Source of the DNA: Mobula hypostoma
Lineage: Eukaryota
NCBI RefSeq assembly: GCF_963921235.1
Contig: NC_086108.1
Coordinates: 30,382,001 to 30,446,000, forward strand
Direction: 5' to 3'
Length of the DNA: 64,000 nt
The translations under genes were made by a program, and so were the position numbers. Positions 27,452-41,272 of this stretch are shown one piece after another. How positions within the stretch are numbered: the first letter of the stretch is position 1; every line of letters begins with the position of its first letter. The notes below the pieces were generated by a model. That model did no database searches, was not told the DNA's origin, and worked only from the letters and a program-made list of their open reading frames with translations.

Positions 27452-28215
27452 ACAGAAACCATAGAAAAACAACAGCACAGAAACAGGCCTTTTGGCCCTT
27501 CTTGGCTGTGCTGAACCATTTTCTGCCTAGTCCCACTGACCTGCACACGGACCATATCCCTCCATATACCTCCCATCCATGTATCTGTCCAATTTATTCT
27601 TAAATGTTAAAAAAAACCCCGCATTTACCACCTCGTCTGGCAGCTCATTCCACACTCCCACCACTCTCTGTGTGAAGAAGCCTCCGCTAATGTTCCCTTT
27701 AAACTTTTCCCCCTTCACCCTTAACCCATGTCCTCTGGTTTTTTTCTCCCCTTGCCTCAGTGGAAAAAGCCTGCTTGCATTCACTCTATCAATACCCATC
27801 ATAATTTTATATACCTCTATCAAATCTCCCCTCATTCTTCTACGCTCCAGGGAATAAAGTCCTAACCTATTCAACCTTTCTCTGTAACTGAGTTTCTCAA
27901 GTCCCGGCAACATCCTTGTAAACCTTCTCTGCACTCTTTCAAACTTATTTACATCCTTCCTGTAATTTGGTGACCAAAACTGAACACAATACTCCAGATT
28001 CGGCCTCACCAATGCTTTATACAACCTCACCATAACATTCCAGCTCTTATACTCAATACTTTGATTAATAAAGGCCGATGTACCAAAAGCTCTCTTTACG
28101 ACCCTACCTACCTGTGACGCCACTTTTAGAGAATTTTGTACCTGTATTCCCAGTTCCCTCTGTTCTACTGCACTCCTCAGTGCCTTACCATTAACCCTGT
28201 ATGTTCTACCTTGGT
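27452..28215 (-). mobile_element. Young 5'-truncated CR1 3' end
   Basis: Uninterrupted ORF 27527-28246 containing LYKALVRPNLEYCVQFWSP and RGDLIEVYKI, then a 3' UTR and an AGAAACCAT tail. Confidence 0.92.
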
Positions 28216-28649
28216 TGTTCAACATTATTACAATTCTGTATGTCACTTCAAATCAAGGAAGAGTGATCATGGTCTAGACAAATCAAAATTAAAGAAAAGT
28301 AGATATGTGATAGCTGTAATGATTTTTTTCTTTATCTGCATCAGAATCTATCTACTGGCAAATGCCATTTAGTTGGAATTGGGCATTCATTGCAATTCAG
28401 AACCAAGGTGAAACCAAACATACAATAAATGTTTTTAAAGATGATACTGAAATTACAATGGTATAACTACCAGGACAGACAAAACTGTACATTCCTTTGA
28501 GTCATAGTGATGAGTTACCCATCTAGCATCAAGAGATGGGAAACATAAACAGATGAATTCAAATCTCTCAACAGCAGTTAGGGAAATTAAATTTAAGTAA
28601 ATCTAGAGCATTGCTTAGATTGTAGTAAAAACTAATACTGTTCCCTTCT

Positions 28650-29015
28650 GCAACACACACAAAACATTGGAGGAACTGAGCAGGTCAGTCAGCATCTACG
28701 GAAATGAATAGATAGTCGATGTTTTGGGCAGAGACCCTTCTTAAGGACTGACAAGGAAGGGGGAAGATGGCAGAATAAAAAGAACAGAGGTGGAACAGGA
28801 GGCCAGCTGGAAGGTGATAGGTGAAGCCAGGTGCATGGGAAAGCTCAAGGGCTGAATCTGATAGCAGAGGTCTGTCCTTTTACCTCATCACATCCTACCT
28901 ATCACTTCCACCTGGGTTCCCTCCTCCTTCCCTTTCTCCTATTATCCACTCTTCTCTTCTATCAGATTCCTTCTTCTCCAGCCCTTTCCCAACCACCTGA
29001 TTCCACCTACTACTG
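28650..29015. repeat. Penelope-derived repeat with inverted halves and decayed hammerhead
   Basis: Terminus GGAGGAACTGAGCAGGTCAG.CAGCATCTA. A purine-rich half is followed by a pyrimidine-rich half. A similar copy lies at 29395-29572. Confidence 0.55.
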
Positions 29016-29652
29016 AAGCAGAGATTCAAACAATCATGTTGTGCATGAGACAAGAGGCTGTCTAGATCTTTTGAATTACATCATGCAAAAATATAATATG
29101 TCTGTGGTCTCGGCTTCCTGTTTGAATGCATAGAACTTCTGCCAGCCATCTGTGAAAGATTACATGTAGCTAGTACCTCAGCCCTTTTAGGCTATCTAAA
29201 TGCCAAGACTTTTTATAATAATGATATTCACAAATAGCAGAAGAAAGTCTGCAAGTGACAACCTGCTATGAAATAGGCTGCATCATCCCTTGAGGCACGC
29301 TCGGCTGTTATAATCTTGCTCGTCCTAAAAGAAAAAAAAACACACATCAGAATTCCCAAAATGCTCTAAACCCAGAAATACTTTGAAACACTAATGCAAC
29401 ATACACAAAATGTTACAGCAACTCAGGAGGCCAGGCAGCATTTATAGAAAAATGTAAACAGCCGATGTTTTGGACTGAGACTCTTCATCAGGACTGGAAA
29501 GGATGGGGGAAGGAGACAGACTAAACAGGTGGTGGAGGAAAGAAAGAAGTACAAGGTGGCAGGTGATAGGCAATTTGAAACACTAATGTAGTACAAAATA
29601 ATATGCCTATGCCCAGCAATTTCCCCAAAGTATAAAGTAATAATCTCCAAGT

Positions 29653-32600
29653 TGTAGTGCGTTCAATATTTCAGTCTATTTGAGTAGTATTGTAAATATT
29701 TTGTTTGATTACGCACTCTTTGTTTGTTTACATCATTTATTATGTAAGAAATAGTTGAATGGCATACATTATTATGGCACCACGTCATATGTGAGTGCCT
29801 TACTAAAACAAAAGGAAAAAAAAAACTAAGTATACAAGTATCTCGACTCCTGTGTTGTCTTTTTGATTAGCTTCTAGAGTTACAAAACATAACAATGGTG
29901 ACAAGGAATTTTTAAAATGAACCCAAGATGGCTACTTACCTGCTGAAGTGCAGCACCTTTTTCTTCAAAAGGGGAGAGAGACATTTGAGTTAAAGGAAGT
30001 CAGTGAATGGATGAAATTAGCAAGCATTGGGTACAGCCATGGGTTCATAAATAGTGTGTACTGGGTGATAATAATAATAATAAATTTTAAGAAAGCAGAA
30101 ATGGTTGGTTACATTGGAAAGGTAGATGCATTCAATTGCACAACAGATAAATGGATAATGTATGCTGAACAACTTGAACAGTGTTGAAGCAAGTGAAATA
30201 ACTGATCAAAAACAAGTGCCAGTATTGCTGAGTGCATTGGGTGGAAAAGTGCACAGTTTGCTTAGAAGTTTAGCTGCTCCAAGCAAACCAGCTAAAATAA
30301 GATTTGCTGATATTGTGAACGTAATACAGGAATATCTAGACTGAAACCATTGTTGATTACAGAATGCTTTAGCTTTCATAAGCAGGATCGAAAGGAAGGG
30401 GATTCCATTTCTAATCTGCATGCTGTTGATGAAAAATTTGATAATGATGACAGTGACACAGGACTAGGTAGCACTGAGATTTACAGTACAATGTGAAAAC
30501 TAACAAAAGACAAGCAATCTGGCCTAGAACAGAAGTGAATGGCAAATTCATTAAGATGGAATTGGATACTGGCTTGGCTGTTCCAGTTATTCCACAAAAT
30601 TAGTTTCAATGGCTCTTCAATGATCTGCCGATATCCAACTGAGAACTTATACTGGAGAAAATATAACTCCTGTAGGAATGACATTCGTAGAAGTGAAATA
30701 TAATGACCAAATACACGTACAATGATTGCGTTTGTACAGTACGTGGTAAAAACAGGAAAGCCAGCATTGTGGGGCCGTGATTGGCTGAGACAACTACAAC
30801 TTGATTGGAGATCCATCCAACATGCCTCATCTACTGCAATAGAGTCAACAGGAAGTGAATTATGAAAGGTACTGGCTGATGCCACAGCAGTGTTCAAGGA
30901 TGGTATTGGAAAACTCAACCATATCAAGGATAATATAGTGTTATATAATGAAAATACCAAGGCTAGGTTTTACAAAGCCTCACTGGTTCTTTATACCATC
31001 TGTGACAAAGTAGCCAGTAAACTAGATTACATGGAGGCTGAAGAAATTCTTTCCAAAATTGAGTAGAGGCCATAGGCAACACCAGTGGTCCCAGTCACCA
31101 AGAAGGATGGGTCTGTCAGGATCTGTGGTGATATTAAGTTCACCATCAACCCAGTACTGAAAGTAGATCAATACCCTCTGCCCTGGATAGAGGATATCTT
31201 TGCGAACCTTTCTGGAGGGAAACACTTCAGCAAAGTGGACCTAGCTGAAGCCTACGTACAAATGGAGATGAAGAAGAGTCCAAAGTGTTTCTCACCATAA
31301 ACACTTAAAAAGGGCTTTATTGTTATAATAGCCTTATTTTTGGAGTAGCACATGCACCTGTACCATGGCAGAAAGCTATGGACTAGGTGCTGTAAGACTG
31401 CCCAGGCACTCAGTGTTACCGGTAAGGATGAAAAGGAACATCTCCAATATCTCAAGAAAGTGTTAATTAGATTAGAAAATTATGAGCTCAGATCATGTGT
31501 GAATTCTTTAAACCAAGCATCATTTACTGTGGTCACACTATTGATGCACAAGTACTATACAAGTGTGCCGAGGAAATTCAAGCCGTGGTGGATACCCCAA
31601 GGTCAAAGCATGTGTCACTGTTGTGGTACTTTTTATGATTTGTCATTTACTCTACTGGGAGCATTTAATACGTAGTGTGAGCTTATCCCACAGCTATGAG
31701 AACCTTAAGAAACCACTAGACACTATACTCACACATTATGATTCACATCATCTAGTGAAACTTGCCTGTGAGGCCTCGCCTTATGGGATAGATGCAGTCA
31801 TGCAACGTGTTATGAGTGATGGAAATGAACACCCATAGCCTTTGTATCACATTATCTTACTGCTGCAGAGAAAAATTACACATAGATTGACCTGGAGGCC
31901 TTGAGTCTGGTCTGGGGTGAAAAATGAATTTGCCCTCAGTACGATCATCAGCCACGAGTGTCCATTTTCACTCCACAGAAGGGTGTTCCACTAATAGCAG
32001 CTGCACAAATGCAGAGATGGGGTCTGTTCCTTGGTGGACATAATTACAAGATCAAATTCAAGAGGGCAATTGATCATGGAAATGCTGATGAATTGTCCTA
32101 TTTACGCTTGGGAAAGAAATACTGAAAAATTTACAAGACAGGACACTCCCTAATGCAATTTGAAAGTCTCCCTATTACAGCAGAGATGATCCAAAGTTTG
32201 GATCACAGTCCTGACCACAGTCTGTTGCAGAACAGTTTCAGTCATTGCTGAAAGTGAATGGAATAAGACGTATTACATCTGCACCGCACCACCAGCTACC
32301 AGTGGCTTGGTAGAAGAGTGGTCCGGAGTCTAAAGAACACAATGTCAGCAGAAGACACAATACTGAATCAGAAGCTCACCAATTTCCTCCTTGAATATTG
32401 CAATGCAACAGTGTCTCTACTTTCTGCGAAGGCTGAGAAAAGTCCATCTCCCACCCCCCATCCTCACCACATTCTACAGAGGTTGTATTGAGAGCATCCT
32501 GAGCAGCTGCATCACTGCCTCATTCGGAAATTGCACCATCTCGGATCGCAAGACCCTGCAGGGGATAGTGAGGTCAGCTGAGAAGATCATTGGGGTCTCT

Positions 32601-33927
32601 CTTCCTGCCATTAGAGACATTTACACCACATGCTGCATCCGTAAAGCAAACAGCATTATAAAGGACCCCACGCACCCCTCATACGAACTCTTCTCCCTCC
32701 TGTCATCTGGCAAAAAGTACCAGAGTATTCGGGCTCTCATGACCAGACTATGTAACAGTTTCTTCCCCCAAGCCATCAGACTCCTCAATACCCAGAGTCT
32801 GGACTGACACCAATATACTGCCCTCTACTGTGCATATTGTTTTGTTTATTATTTATTGTAATCCCTGCACTGTTTTGTGCACTTCATTAAGTCCTGGGTA
32901 GCTCTGTAGTCTAGTGTAGTTTTGTGTTGTTTTACGTAGTTCAGTGTAGTTTTTGTATTATTCATGTAGCACCATGATCCTGAAAAACGTTGTCTCGTTT
33001 TTACTGTGTACTGTACCAGCAGTTATGGTCGAAATGACAATAAAAAGTGACGACTTGATTCCACAACCAACAACCCACCAGTTATGCTGTTCCTGGTTTG
33101 CCCCTTGCGCTCACATGTGGATCACCTCAAATCCCATCCCAGAAGGTGTATCCAGGATAAACAGCTGAGGTAAGTTGGGGATCTCCTCGGACAAGGAGGT
33201 TCGATGTTTCACTCGTGGACAAGCAGACCTGGTGAGGGACTACAGAGATGATCATAAGTAGACTCTTGGAAAGATTAAGGACAGAACTGGACCACTCTCT
33301 GACACATCTGATGTATCTGATGTCATCTGGAGACGACACATTGATCAGTTGAGGAGAGCAAAGTCAATTGTTAGAGAAGTGAGGTGTCCAGAGCTGTCAG
33401 AACTACTTCCTGCAGTCCCAGAGTCAACTTCTGCCACCACCATGGAGGGGGACCACAGAAACTGAGATGATTTTACAGCCACAAGTCTCACCTGCCAAAC
33501 AGAGTGACCCCCACCCCCCCATCCCTTGTTGGGAAAGAAGTTATGTGATGAGAGTCCTTGACAAGAATGGCTTGGACCCAAATGCTGTTATCCCACAAGA
33601 CTAAAAAGCCCATTGCATATTTGAGTTGAGAGGCTGTATATGTTGAGTTGGAGTTTATAGCTAAGTAGGGAGGAGTGTAGTGTATTCAATATTTCAGAAA
33701 TATTTGAGTAATACTGTGAATATATTTGATTAAGCATTCTTTGTTTACATAATTCATTATGGGTTATATGTGAGAAGTATGTGAATGGCATATGTCATTA
33801 TATCACCATATGTTGTATGTGAGCACCTCTCTAAAACAAAAGAAAAAGGAAAACTAAGTACTGTACACAAGTATCCCAACTTCTGTGTTTTTCTTTCTAT
33901 TAGTTGCTGGAGTTACAAAACATAACA
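29653..33927 (+). mobile_element. Second decayed Ty3/Gypsy provirus with internal deletions
   Basis: LTRs 29653-29894 and 33676-33927 (TGTAGTG...CATAACA). PBS TGGTGACAAGG at 29896. PPT AGGGAGGAG at 33667-33675. RT VPVTKKDGSVRICGD...YPLP..FSKVDLAEAY and RH LACEASPYGI. No matching TSD. Confidence 0.88.
32405..33058 (+). mobile_element. Rex1/Babar 3' fragment nested in the Gypsy integrase region
   Basis: [12 protein letters not shown]...FYRGCIESIL...NSFFPQAIRLLN, then a 3' UTR with AATAAA. Confidence 0.88.
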
Positions 33928-34245
33928 TCTTTGATTTGTCATATTAGCCATAATGACAGGAGGAAAACCTCTAATTTTTTTCATTTTGGAAACATTGCAT
34001 TTTTTGGATCCACCTGAAGAAGCAAACAGAGCCTTTATTTTAACATGTGATCACAAAGATAATATCTCTCAGCAACACGGCAAAGTGCTGTAACAGAACA
34101 CCCACTCAGGGCTTTGGAGACGGACCGGAACCTACAACCTAGTCTTCCTAACTGAGCCATGGCTGACATCTTATCGGCTTCACTGCAAATTGCTTTTGGC
34201 TCAGTGGTAACTTGCAGGAAAGCACAGGGAGGAAATCAACAATAT

Positions 34246-35486
34246 ATACCCTGTGGCCACTTTATTAGGTACACCTGTAAACTTTCTCGTTAATACAAAT
34301 ATCTTATCAGCCAATCACATGGCATCAACTCAATGTGTAAAAGGAAGAGGAGGAGAAGATGGCAGCGCGACGCAGTGCACGCGGCTGCTCCGAATTGATA
34401 TAGTATTTATTAAATAGGGGCCATGCACAATCCTGATTTGATGGAGACAGACGTGAGAAGCACGGAGGAGCATCTGGAGAAACTTCTGAAATGCCTGCTT
34501 CGCTGCCGCTGCTACTGTGCGATCGAGAATCTCCAGCGGGGAAGGCCCCAAATCCTCGGCTTTGCCTATTGTCTGTTGCCGGGGCCGGGGTCAAAGCGCT
34601 CAGTAGAAATGGTGCTCGGTGCACGGTGTCGGAGAGCTGGTTGGAGGCTCGAAGTTTTCGGATGGACTCAGAGTTGGACTGTGGTCGGGTGCTTCCAGGA
34701 TGCTGCATCGGCAAGTTTGCGGCGCTGGAAGCTTGTGGCAGGAAGAGTTTTCTTCCTTCAACCGTCTGCGTGAGGTGATGGGACTTTTGAGAGACTTTGT
34801 GATTTTTTTTTACTGTGCCCATGGTCTGTTCTTCTATCAAATTACGGTATTGCTTGCACTGTTGTAACTATATGTTATAATTATGTGGTTTTTGTCAGTT
34901 TTTTTTAGTCTTGGTTCGTCTTGTGTTTCTGTGATATCACTCTGGAGGAACAAATTGTATCACTTCTTAATGCATGCATTACTAAATGACAATAAAAGAG
35001 GACTGCATGTCCTCATAGTCTAAAAATAATCTAAAAAAAAAGCATGCAGACATGGCCAAGAGGCTCAGTTGTTGTTCAGACCAGTCACCAGAATGTGGAA
35101 GAGATGTGATCTAAGTGATTTTGACCATGGAATGATTGTTAGTGCCATACGAAAGATGTGAGAATCTCAGAATCTGCTGATCTCCTGTGATTTTCAATCA
35201 CATAAGTCTCTAAAGTTTACAGAGAATGCAAAAACAAAAAAAAAAAATCCAGTGAGATGCAGTTCTGTGGCCAAAAATGCCCTGTTAATGAGAGAGGTCA
35301 GAGGAGAATGGCCAGACTGCTTAAGATGACAGGAATGCGAGAGTAACTCAAATAACCACACAGCAGTGGTGTGCAGAAGAACATTTCTGAATGCACAACA
35401 TGTCAACCCTTGAAGTAGATGGGCTATAGCAGCAGAAGACCATGAACATACACTCAGTGGCCACTTTATTAGGGACAGGAGGTACA
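34246..35486 (+). mobile_element. Non-autonomous Tc1/mariner derivative (transposase HTH remnant) with a nested retroposon at ~34342-35035
   Basis: 35095-35440 encodes the degenerate CDLSDFDHGMIVSA...ISESADLL.FS...VSKVYRE. Both ends carry GTGGCCACTTTATTAGG. The nested GC-rich element ends with AATAAA and a TCTAA tail. Confidence 0.75.
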
Positions 35487-36129
35487 TAATATAAATATTT
35501 GTATGTGTGATTGATTCTAGTCCCTACTTTTCTGTAAGACGTGTTGTTCTTCTGCCTTCTCTTGCATTATCTTAGGAGAATAATGATCTGATACGAGTAT
35601 TTAAAAACGTCCGCTGTAGTGCAACATATTATGCCTTGTGCAAGTGAATTTAAATCAAAGTTTTTGGCCACCTTGCATGGATATTTCTATTTTTGGGAGG
35701 TCTGATCCACAGGCACGTTCCCCATGGGCTGCTGACTCACATGCAAGTGCTTGGCAGCTGCATGATCTTTAACAGTGCAAGTTTTTATCATTGAAAACCA
35801 TCCTTCTTCATGCTGGGGAATGTGATTCAAGCACTTTTTAAAATGTTGTGCAGGAGTTTTTGTCTGCCAGCTTTTTGGTCATTTTATATGCATCTTTCTG
35901 ATGGAAAACTAAGCCAAGGAACTTTACAGCATTATAATGGAACAAATAAACTGATACAGAGCAAATCAATATGGAAGACTTTAAAGTTAGTGACAACAAT
36001 ACCAGTAAGCAGATGAAAAAAATGTAATTTGGCCCAGCAGATAATCATGGATTTATGTTCCTCTTATTCCTGTTCCTGCTTCCCTTTACTTTTACTGTAA
36101 CTCTAAATAGCCATCGCTTCCATATCCAT

Positions 36130-36690
36130 TAGGAATGGAATGAAGACGGGCAGAAGCCAGAATAAAAAGGGTGGGGATGGGGAGGGGAGGAGCACAAACT
36201 GGCAGGTGATGGGTGAGAGGAGGAAGGCAGGAAAATGGGGAGGGAAAAGGAATAATGTGTGAAACCGTGAGGTGATAGGTGAAAAAGGCAAAGGGCTGAG
36301 GAGAAGAAGAAGGAATCTGCGAGGTGAGGACAGTAGACCATGGATTAAAGGGAAAGAGCTTGGAACCAGAAAGAGGAAGTGTGGGTGATGGGCAGATCAT
36401 GAGGGCAGGGACAAGGGGAAAGACAAGGGGTAAATGGAGCCATACAGATAAGGGAAAGCAAAAGGGATGGGGTGGTTGAAGTTAGAGCAATGTTGAGGAC
36501 TACCAAGACAAAATATGAAGCATTGCTCTTCCAATTTGCACCTGGCCTCAACATACCAGTAGAGGAGACTGTGAAAAACATGTCAGTGTGAGTATAGAAA
36601 GTGGAATTAAAATAGCTGGCCACCAGAAGATCCTGGCTATTGTTGTGGACGGAGCATAAGCAATCATGAAATGTTGGAGCCAATGGAAGA
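36130..36690 (-). mobile_element. Penelope-like element 3' remnant (GIY-YIG C-terminal region)
   Basis: Minus ORF FHDCLCSVHNNSQDLLVASYFNSTFYTHTDM resembles the PLE motif EH..SV....PVA.HFNS..H...D. It is followed by the CT-rich tail seen at 5790-6130. Confidence 0.55.
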
Positions 36691-37914
36691 TTACCTAATG
36701 CAACTTGTCAAGGAGAAGAGATAGGCAGAAGTTCAGGAGTAAAGGCCCAGCACTGCATGCCTATGGTTGCAATAAGAAGTAGAGGTTCTGTGGAGGCGGA
36801 AGGTGACTAAAAAAGATTTTGTTTGAAGTTACAAAATACAAATTATAAACATTGGTCGAGTTGATAAGAAAGTTTTCCACGTATCAAGGGGATCTTAAAT
36901 CAGAGGACATAGAATTAAATTAATGTGTTAAATGTTTAAGCAGGGATATGTAGAAGTGTTTCACCCAGAAGGTAGATGGAACCTGGAACCCACTACCTGA
37001 GTAGAAAATGAGGACAGGTAGTCGTCTCAGAACCTGTCAAAATATGTAGACAAGCACTTGAATAATTATGGCATGGAAGACTTTCGATCAGCTGCTTGCC
37101 TTTGAACCCAACTCTTCCATGCCAAACACGATGCTAGAGTCCATGTATAGCCCATATTCTTTTAACTACTTCTTATCCAAGTACTTGTCCAATTGCCTTT
37201 TAAATGTGGTTGTACCTCTTTCTCTGACAGCTTGTTCCATGTATGCACCATCCTCTACTTGAAGAAGTTACCCCATTGGACATCTTTAAATCTGCCCTCT
37301 CTCACTTTATACCCACACACTCTAGTGTTTGATTCCCTTGCCTAGTGAAAAAAAACGCTCATAATTTTGTAAGGTTACCCCTCAGTCTCCTACACACCAA
37401 GGAATAAAACACCAGCCAGCCCAATGTCTCCCAACCTCTCCCAATAATTCAGACCCCTGAGTTCTGGCAAAATTTTTGTAATTCTTTTTTGCACTCTTTG
37501 CAAGTTATGTGGGATTAGTATAGATAGGTGCATGATCATTAGCACAGATCTGATGGGCTGTGTGCTGTATGACTCTAAATGTGACCAATTCTCACAGCTG
37601 CTACAAAGTTATTTTAAGAAATAATCCCACAATAAGTTCTGTATGACCATTTGCAATTAACTCCTCATTTATAAAGCACTGACATCAAACGGCTATTTAG
37701 GGTAACACCTAATGAGTGTTTACCTTTTAGACAAGCATAAAGACAGGCATTCTACTGACACCAGCATACCTTCCAAAAGCATTATTCAGCCATTATGTAA
37801 TGTTAGATTTTAAGATGGCTGGTCTCCCTATACATGATGTTAAATTTCAAAATTACCTATGAAGATGGTTCCTAAAGGTTGTCACAGCTGGTGTGGGGGG
37901 TGGGGGGTTGCAGT

Positions 37915-38432
37915 GTAGTGGTGATGAGCTCCCACTACCTATTAAATGCTCCTAACAGCATGCATCTCAAATAGCCTTTGACAATCAAGTCAGAGCTATT
38001 TGAGACACCACTAAGTATGGCGAAACTGTTTCTACCAACAGGAGAAGGGGCAAAGGCAGGTTACTGACACCTTAAAATCAGTTGCCCTGGTCAGCTCATC
38101 TAAAAGAAGGAAAATTCTGATCTGAAACCTCCACTTGTGGCTAGAGCCATTCATGGGGAAGGCTTTGGGAGTAAACTCCTTTTGGGAAGAAAAATCTGGA
38201 GCTGGAGTCCCTCAAGCAGTCCCACGTTGAGTTCAACACTGACTGGCAACTCCTGCGATGCTGGTGCCGAACTGTATTAGTTCCTTTGGAGTCATCAGCA
38301 GCATAGAGGGGGATCCTGCTACATGGGCAACAGCTTGCTCTCCATATTGTACTGTCCTGACTTGCATATCAACTATGTAGACAGCTAGGACTTAACGTCC
38401 ATGGTTGACTCTGACCAACAGAGGGCCTCCTC
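37915..38432. repeat. Interspersed repeat, probably RTE/SINE-type
   Basis: GC-richer, non-coding block with sharp boundaries. Family assignment is uncertain. Confidence 0.35.
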
Positions 38433-40803
38433 CTATGCAGATATAGCAACAATCAATTGTTGCTGAAAAAAAGTGCCCTGAACTTTCATGTGCTTGGTTT
38501 CTCAATGTCCTATGTTTAGCTCTTCCTCAAAAACTAACTTTTTTTTTTCTATCTCTACCTTTATTAAAATTCTTGCTGGAAATGTTGGAGCATTTATGTT
38601 CTGAAAACCTCTCTTAGATCAACTCTTAAGATTACCCCATCAAGATGAAAAGGACTCATGATGCTTTGAGTGTCTTGGTGACATCAATTTCAAGAAATTT
38701 ACGAAAAATGCAGTGGAACAGGGTGGGAGGCAGAGGAGGAAAAGAACTGGAATGCTTTTGTCTAGACAAGTAAAGTAAAGTTGGGGAAGAGTACAAAGGA
38801 ATGACAAGGAACAGTTTAGAAAATTCTTGTGGTATTGTGTGGTTTTGGGAAATCTGGAGCTAGAAAAAAATCAGAGAGCGATGATTTGGAACAGGGGTAA
38901 AGAATTGCCTCTTGCTCCTTGTTCCAGCTGAATTGTCCCCTTGTTGTTTAGAAGGCACGAGGTTTTAAATTTTTCATCTTGTTGTTGCTAACAAAGTGCA
39001 AGGTTCATAGGAGACTATGAGAAATCTCAAAACTAAACTTGAGATCCCACATTGTGTTTCAGATGAATTTGAATTTTCTCCCAACTTGATGTCTAGGAGA
39101 TTTCCTGAAATTTCACTGTTATGCTAAGCCCCATAATCCCCACAGAGCTGTTTCAGATCTTCCTGGCTGAGAATTTGACATGTTATCATTACAGAAACAC
39201 ACTACTTATAACCAAACAATGGATGGAAAATTTGAAACTCTTAAAATTGTAAGAAATAAAACTGGAAATCCATGAAAGCTGAATCAGCAATTGCGGAAGA
39301 ACAAGAATTAATTTACTGTTTGAAGATTCTGCTAGAACCCAGAAAAAGAAAACAAGCTATTTATGATGCAGGGAAGAATGAATAAAATAAAGGCAATATA
39401 TCCAACAAGATGTAAAAGGGCCTGAAGGTCCTAATGAAATTATCTTACAATTTTAAGAATCTGTGCTAAGATATTCCCTTGTATTTCCTTCTCAAGGGAA
39501 GAGGATGACAAGAAAGAGGATGTGCTGGAGGTTTTGAAAATCATTAGGATAGATAAATTCCCAGGACAGAGTGAGATATAACCCAGATTACTACAGGAGG
39601 CAAGGGAGGGGATTGTGTACGGTTGGCGATGATCTTTGCTTCCTCACTGGCCACAAGAGTAGTACCAGAGGACTGGAGGGTGGCAAATGTTACGCCTTTG
39701 TTCAAGAAAGTTAACTCTGGAAATTGTAGACCAGTGACGCTTATATCAGTGCCGAGCAAACTATTGGAGAAGATTCTTAGACAGGATTTATGAGTACTTG
39801 GAGAAGCATAGTCTGAGATAGTCAGCATGGCTTTGTGAGGGGCAGGTTGTGCCTTTCAAGCCTGACTGAATTCGTTAAGGTAGTGACAGAACAATGTGAT
39901 GAAGGTAGAGCAGTGAATGTAGTTTATGTGGATTTTAGTAGGGCATTTGACAAGGTTCCCCATGGTAGGCTCATTCAGAAAGTCTGGAAGCATTGGATCC
40001 AGAGAAACTTGGCTACATGGATTCAGAATTGGCTTGCCCACCAAAATCAGAGCATGGTAGTAGATGGAGTGCATTCTGCCTGGAGGTCGGTGACCAGTGA
40101 TCTTCCATAGAGATCTGTTCTGAGACACCCCTGCTGTCTGTGACTTTTATAAATGATTAGGATGAGGGGGAAGTAGAAGGGTGAAATAATTATCCTGAAG
40201 ATGACATAAAGGTTGATGGTGTTGTGGATTGTCACGGTGTGTGCTGACAAACAACTGAACCCAGACGTGGAGGAATGACATTCTCCCGTGTAGAGACAGA
40301 AAGAAGAGCTTATACATAGGAATTCCCACAGAAGATCAGTGGCTGGATCGAGCCACAGTGGGAGATAAATCAATCTTGAAACATGAGGACCCTGCGATAA
40401 GCACTAATTGGGAGTCTGCTTTAAATAATCACAGTAAGCGGAAAATTCGTGCCAGTCAAAATAAACTTGACATAATTAAGCAGAAAGCACACATGCACAG
40501 GCCTGCAGGGCTCATGACAGTGGGTGGTCTTAGAAAGTTGACATAGGTTACAATGGGACATTGATGGAATTCAGAGCTGGGTTGAGAAATAGCAGATGGA
40601 GTTTAATCCAGAAAACTGTGAAGTGAAACACTTTGGAAGGTCAAATGAAGGCAAACGACAGGCTTAGTGGTAGGATTCTTAGCAGCATGAAGGAACAAAA
40701 GAATCTTGGGTCCATGTCCATAGTGCCCTCAAGCTTGCTGTGTAAGTTGATAGGTTGGTTAGAAAGGCATATAGTGTTTTGGCTTTCAACAGTTGTCAGA
40801 TAA

Positions 40804-41040
40804 CAGAAACCATAGAAACCATAGAAAAACTACAGCACTGAAACATGTCTTTTGGCCCTTCTTGGCTGTGCCGAACCATTTTCTGCCTAGTCCCACTGAC
40901 CTGCACATGGACCATATCCCTCCATACACCTCCCATCCATGTATCTGTCCAATTTATTCCTAAATGTTAAAAAAGAACCCGCATTTACCACCTCGTTGGC
41001 AGCTCATTCCACACTCCCACCACTCTCTGTGTGAAGAATC
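40804..41040 (-). mobile_element. CR1 3' tail forming the 3' half of a 28S rRNA-CR1 chimera
   Basis: Nearly identical to 27452-27678, with an (AGAAACCAT)2 tail. Confidence 0.9.
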
Positions 41041-41049
41041 CCCCCCCCC

Positions 41050-41272
41050 TCCACAGGCTAGGCCTCGATCAGAAGGACTAGGGCCCCCGAGCGTCGTCAG
41101 AGAAAGGAGCTCTTCTATATGCCACATTTCATGCGACCACCAGGCGGCCGGGGATTCGGCACTGGGCTCTTGCCTCTTCACTCGCAGTTAATGAGGGAAT
41201 CCTCGTTAGTTTCTTTTCCTCCGCTTAATAATAAGCTTAAATTCAGCAGGTCGTCATGTCTGTTCTGAGGTC
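41050..41272 (-). pseudogene. 28S rRNA fragment: mature 5' end through the D1 region (retrocopy)
   Basis: Minus strand reads GACCTCAGAACAGAC...GCTGAATTTAAGCTTATTATTAAGCGGAGGAAAAGAAACTAAC.AGGATTCCCTCA...AGTCCTTCTGATCGAGGCC, the conserved 5' end of eukaryotic LSU rRNA, with CpG-type decay. Confidence 0.93.

Noticed and set aside
34325..34867. Overlapping ORFs in a GC-rich block
   Set aside because: They lie in a retroposon nested within a Tc1 relic and show no recognisable domain.
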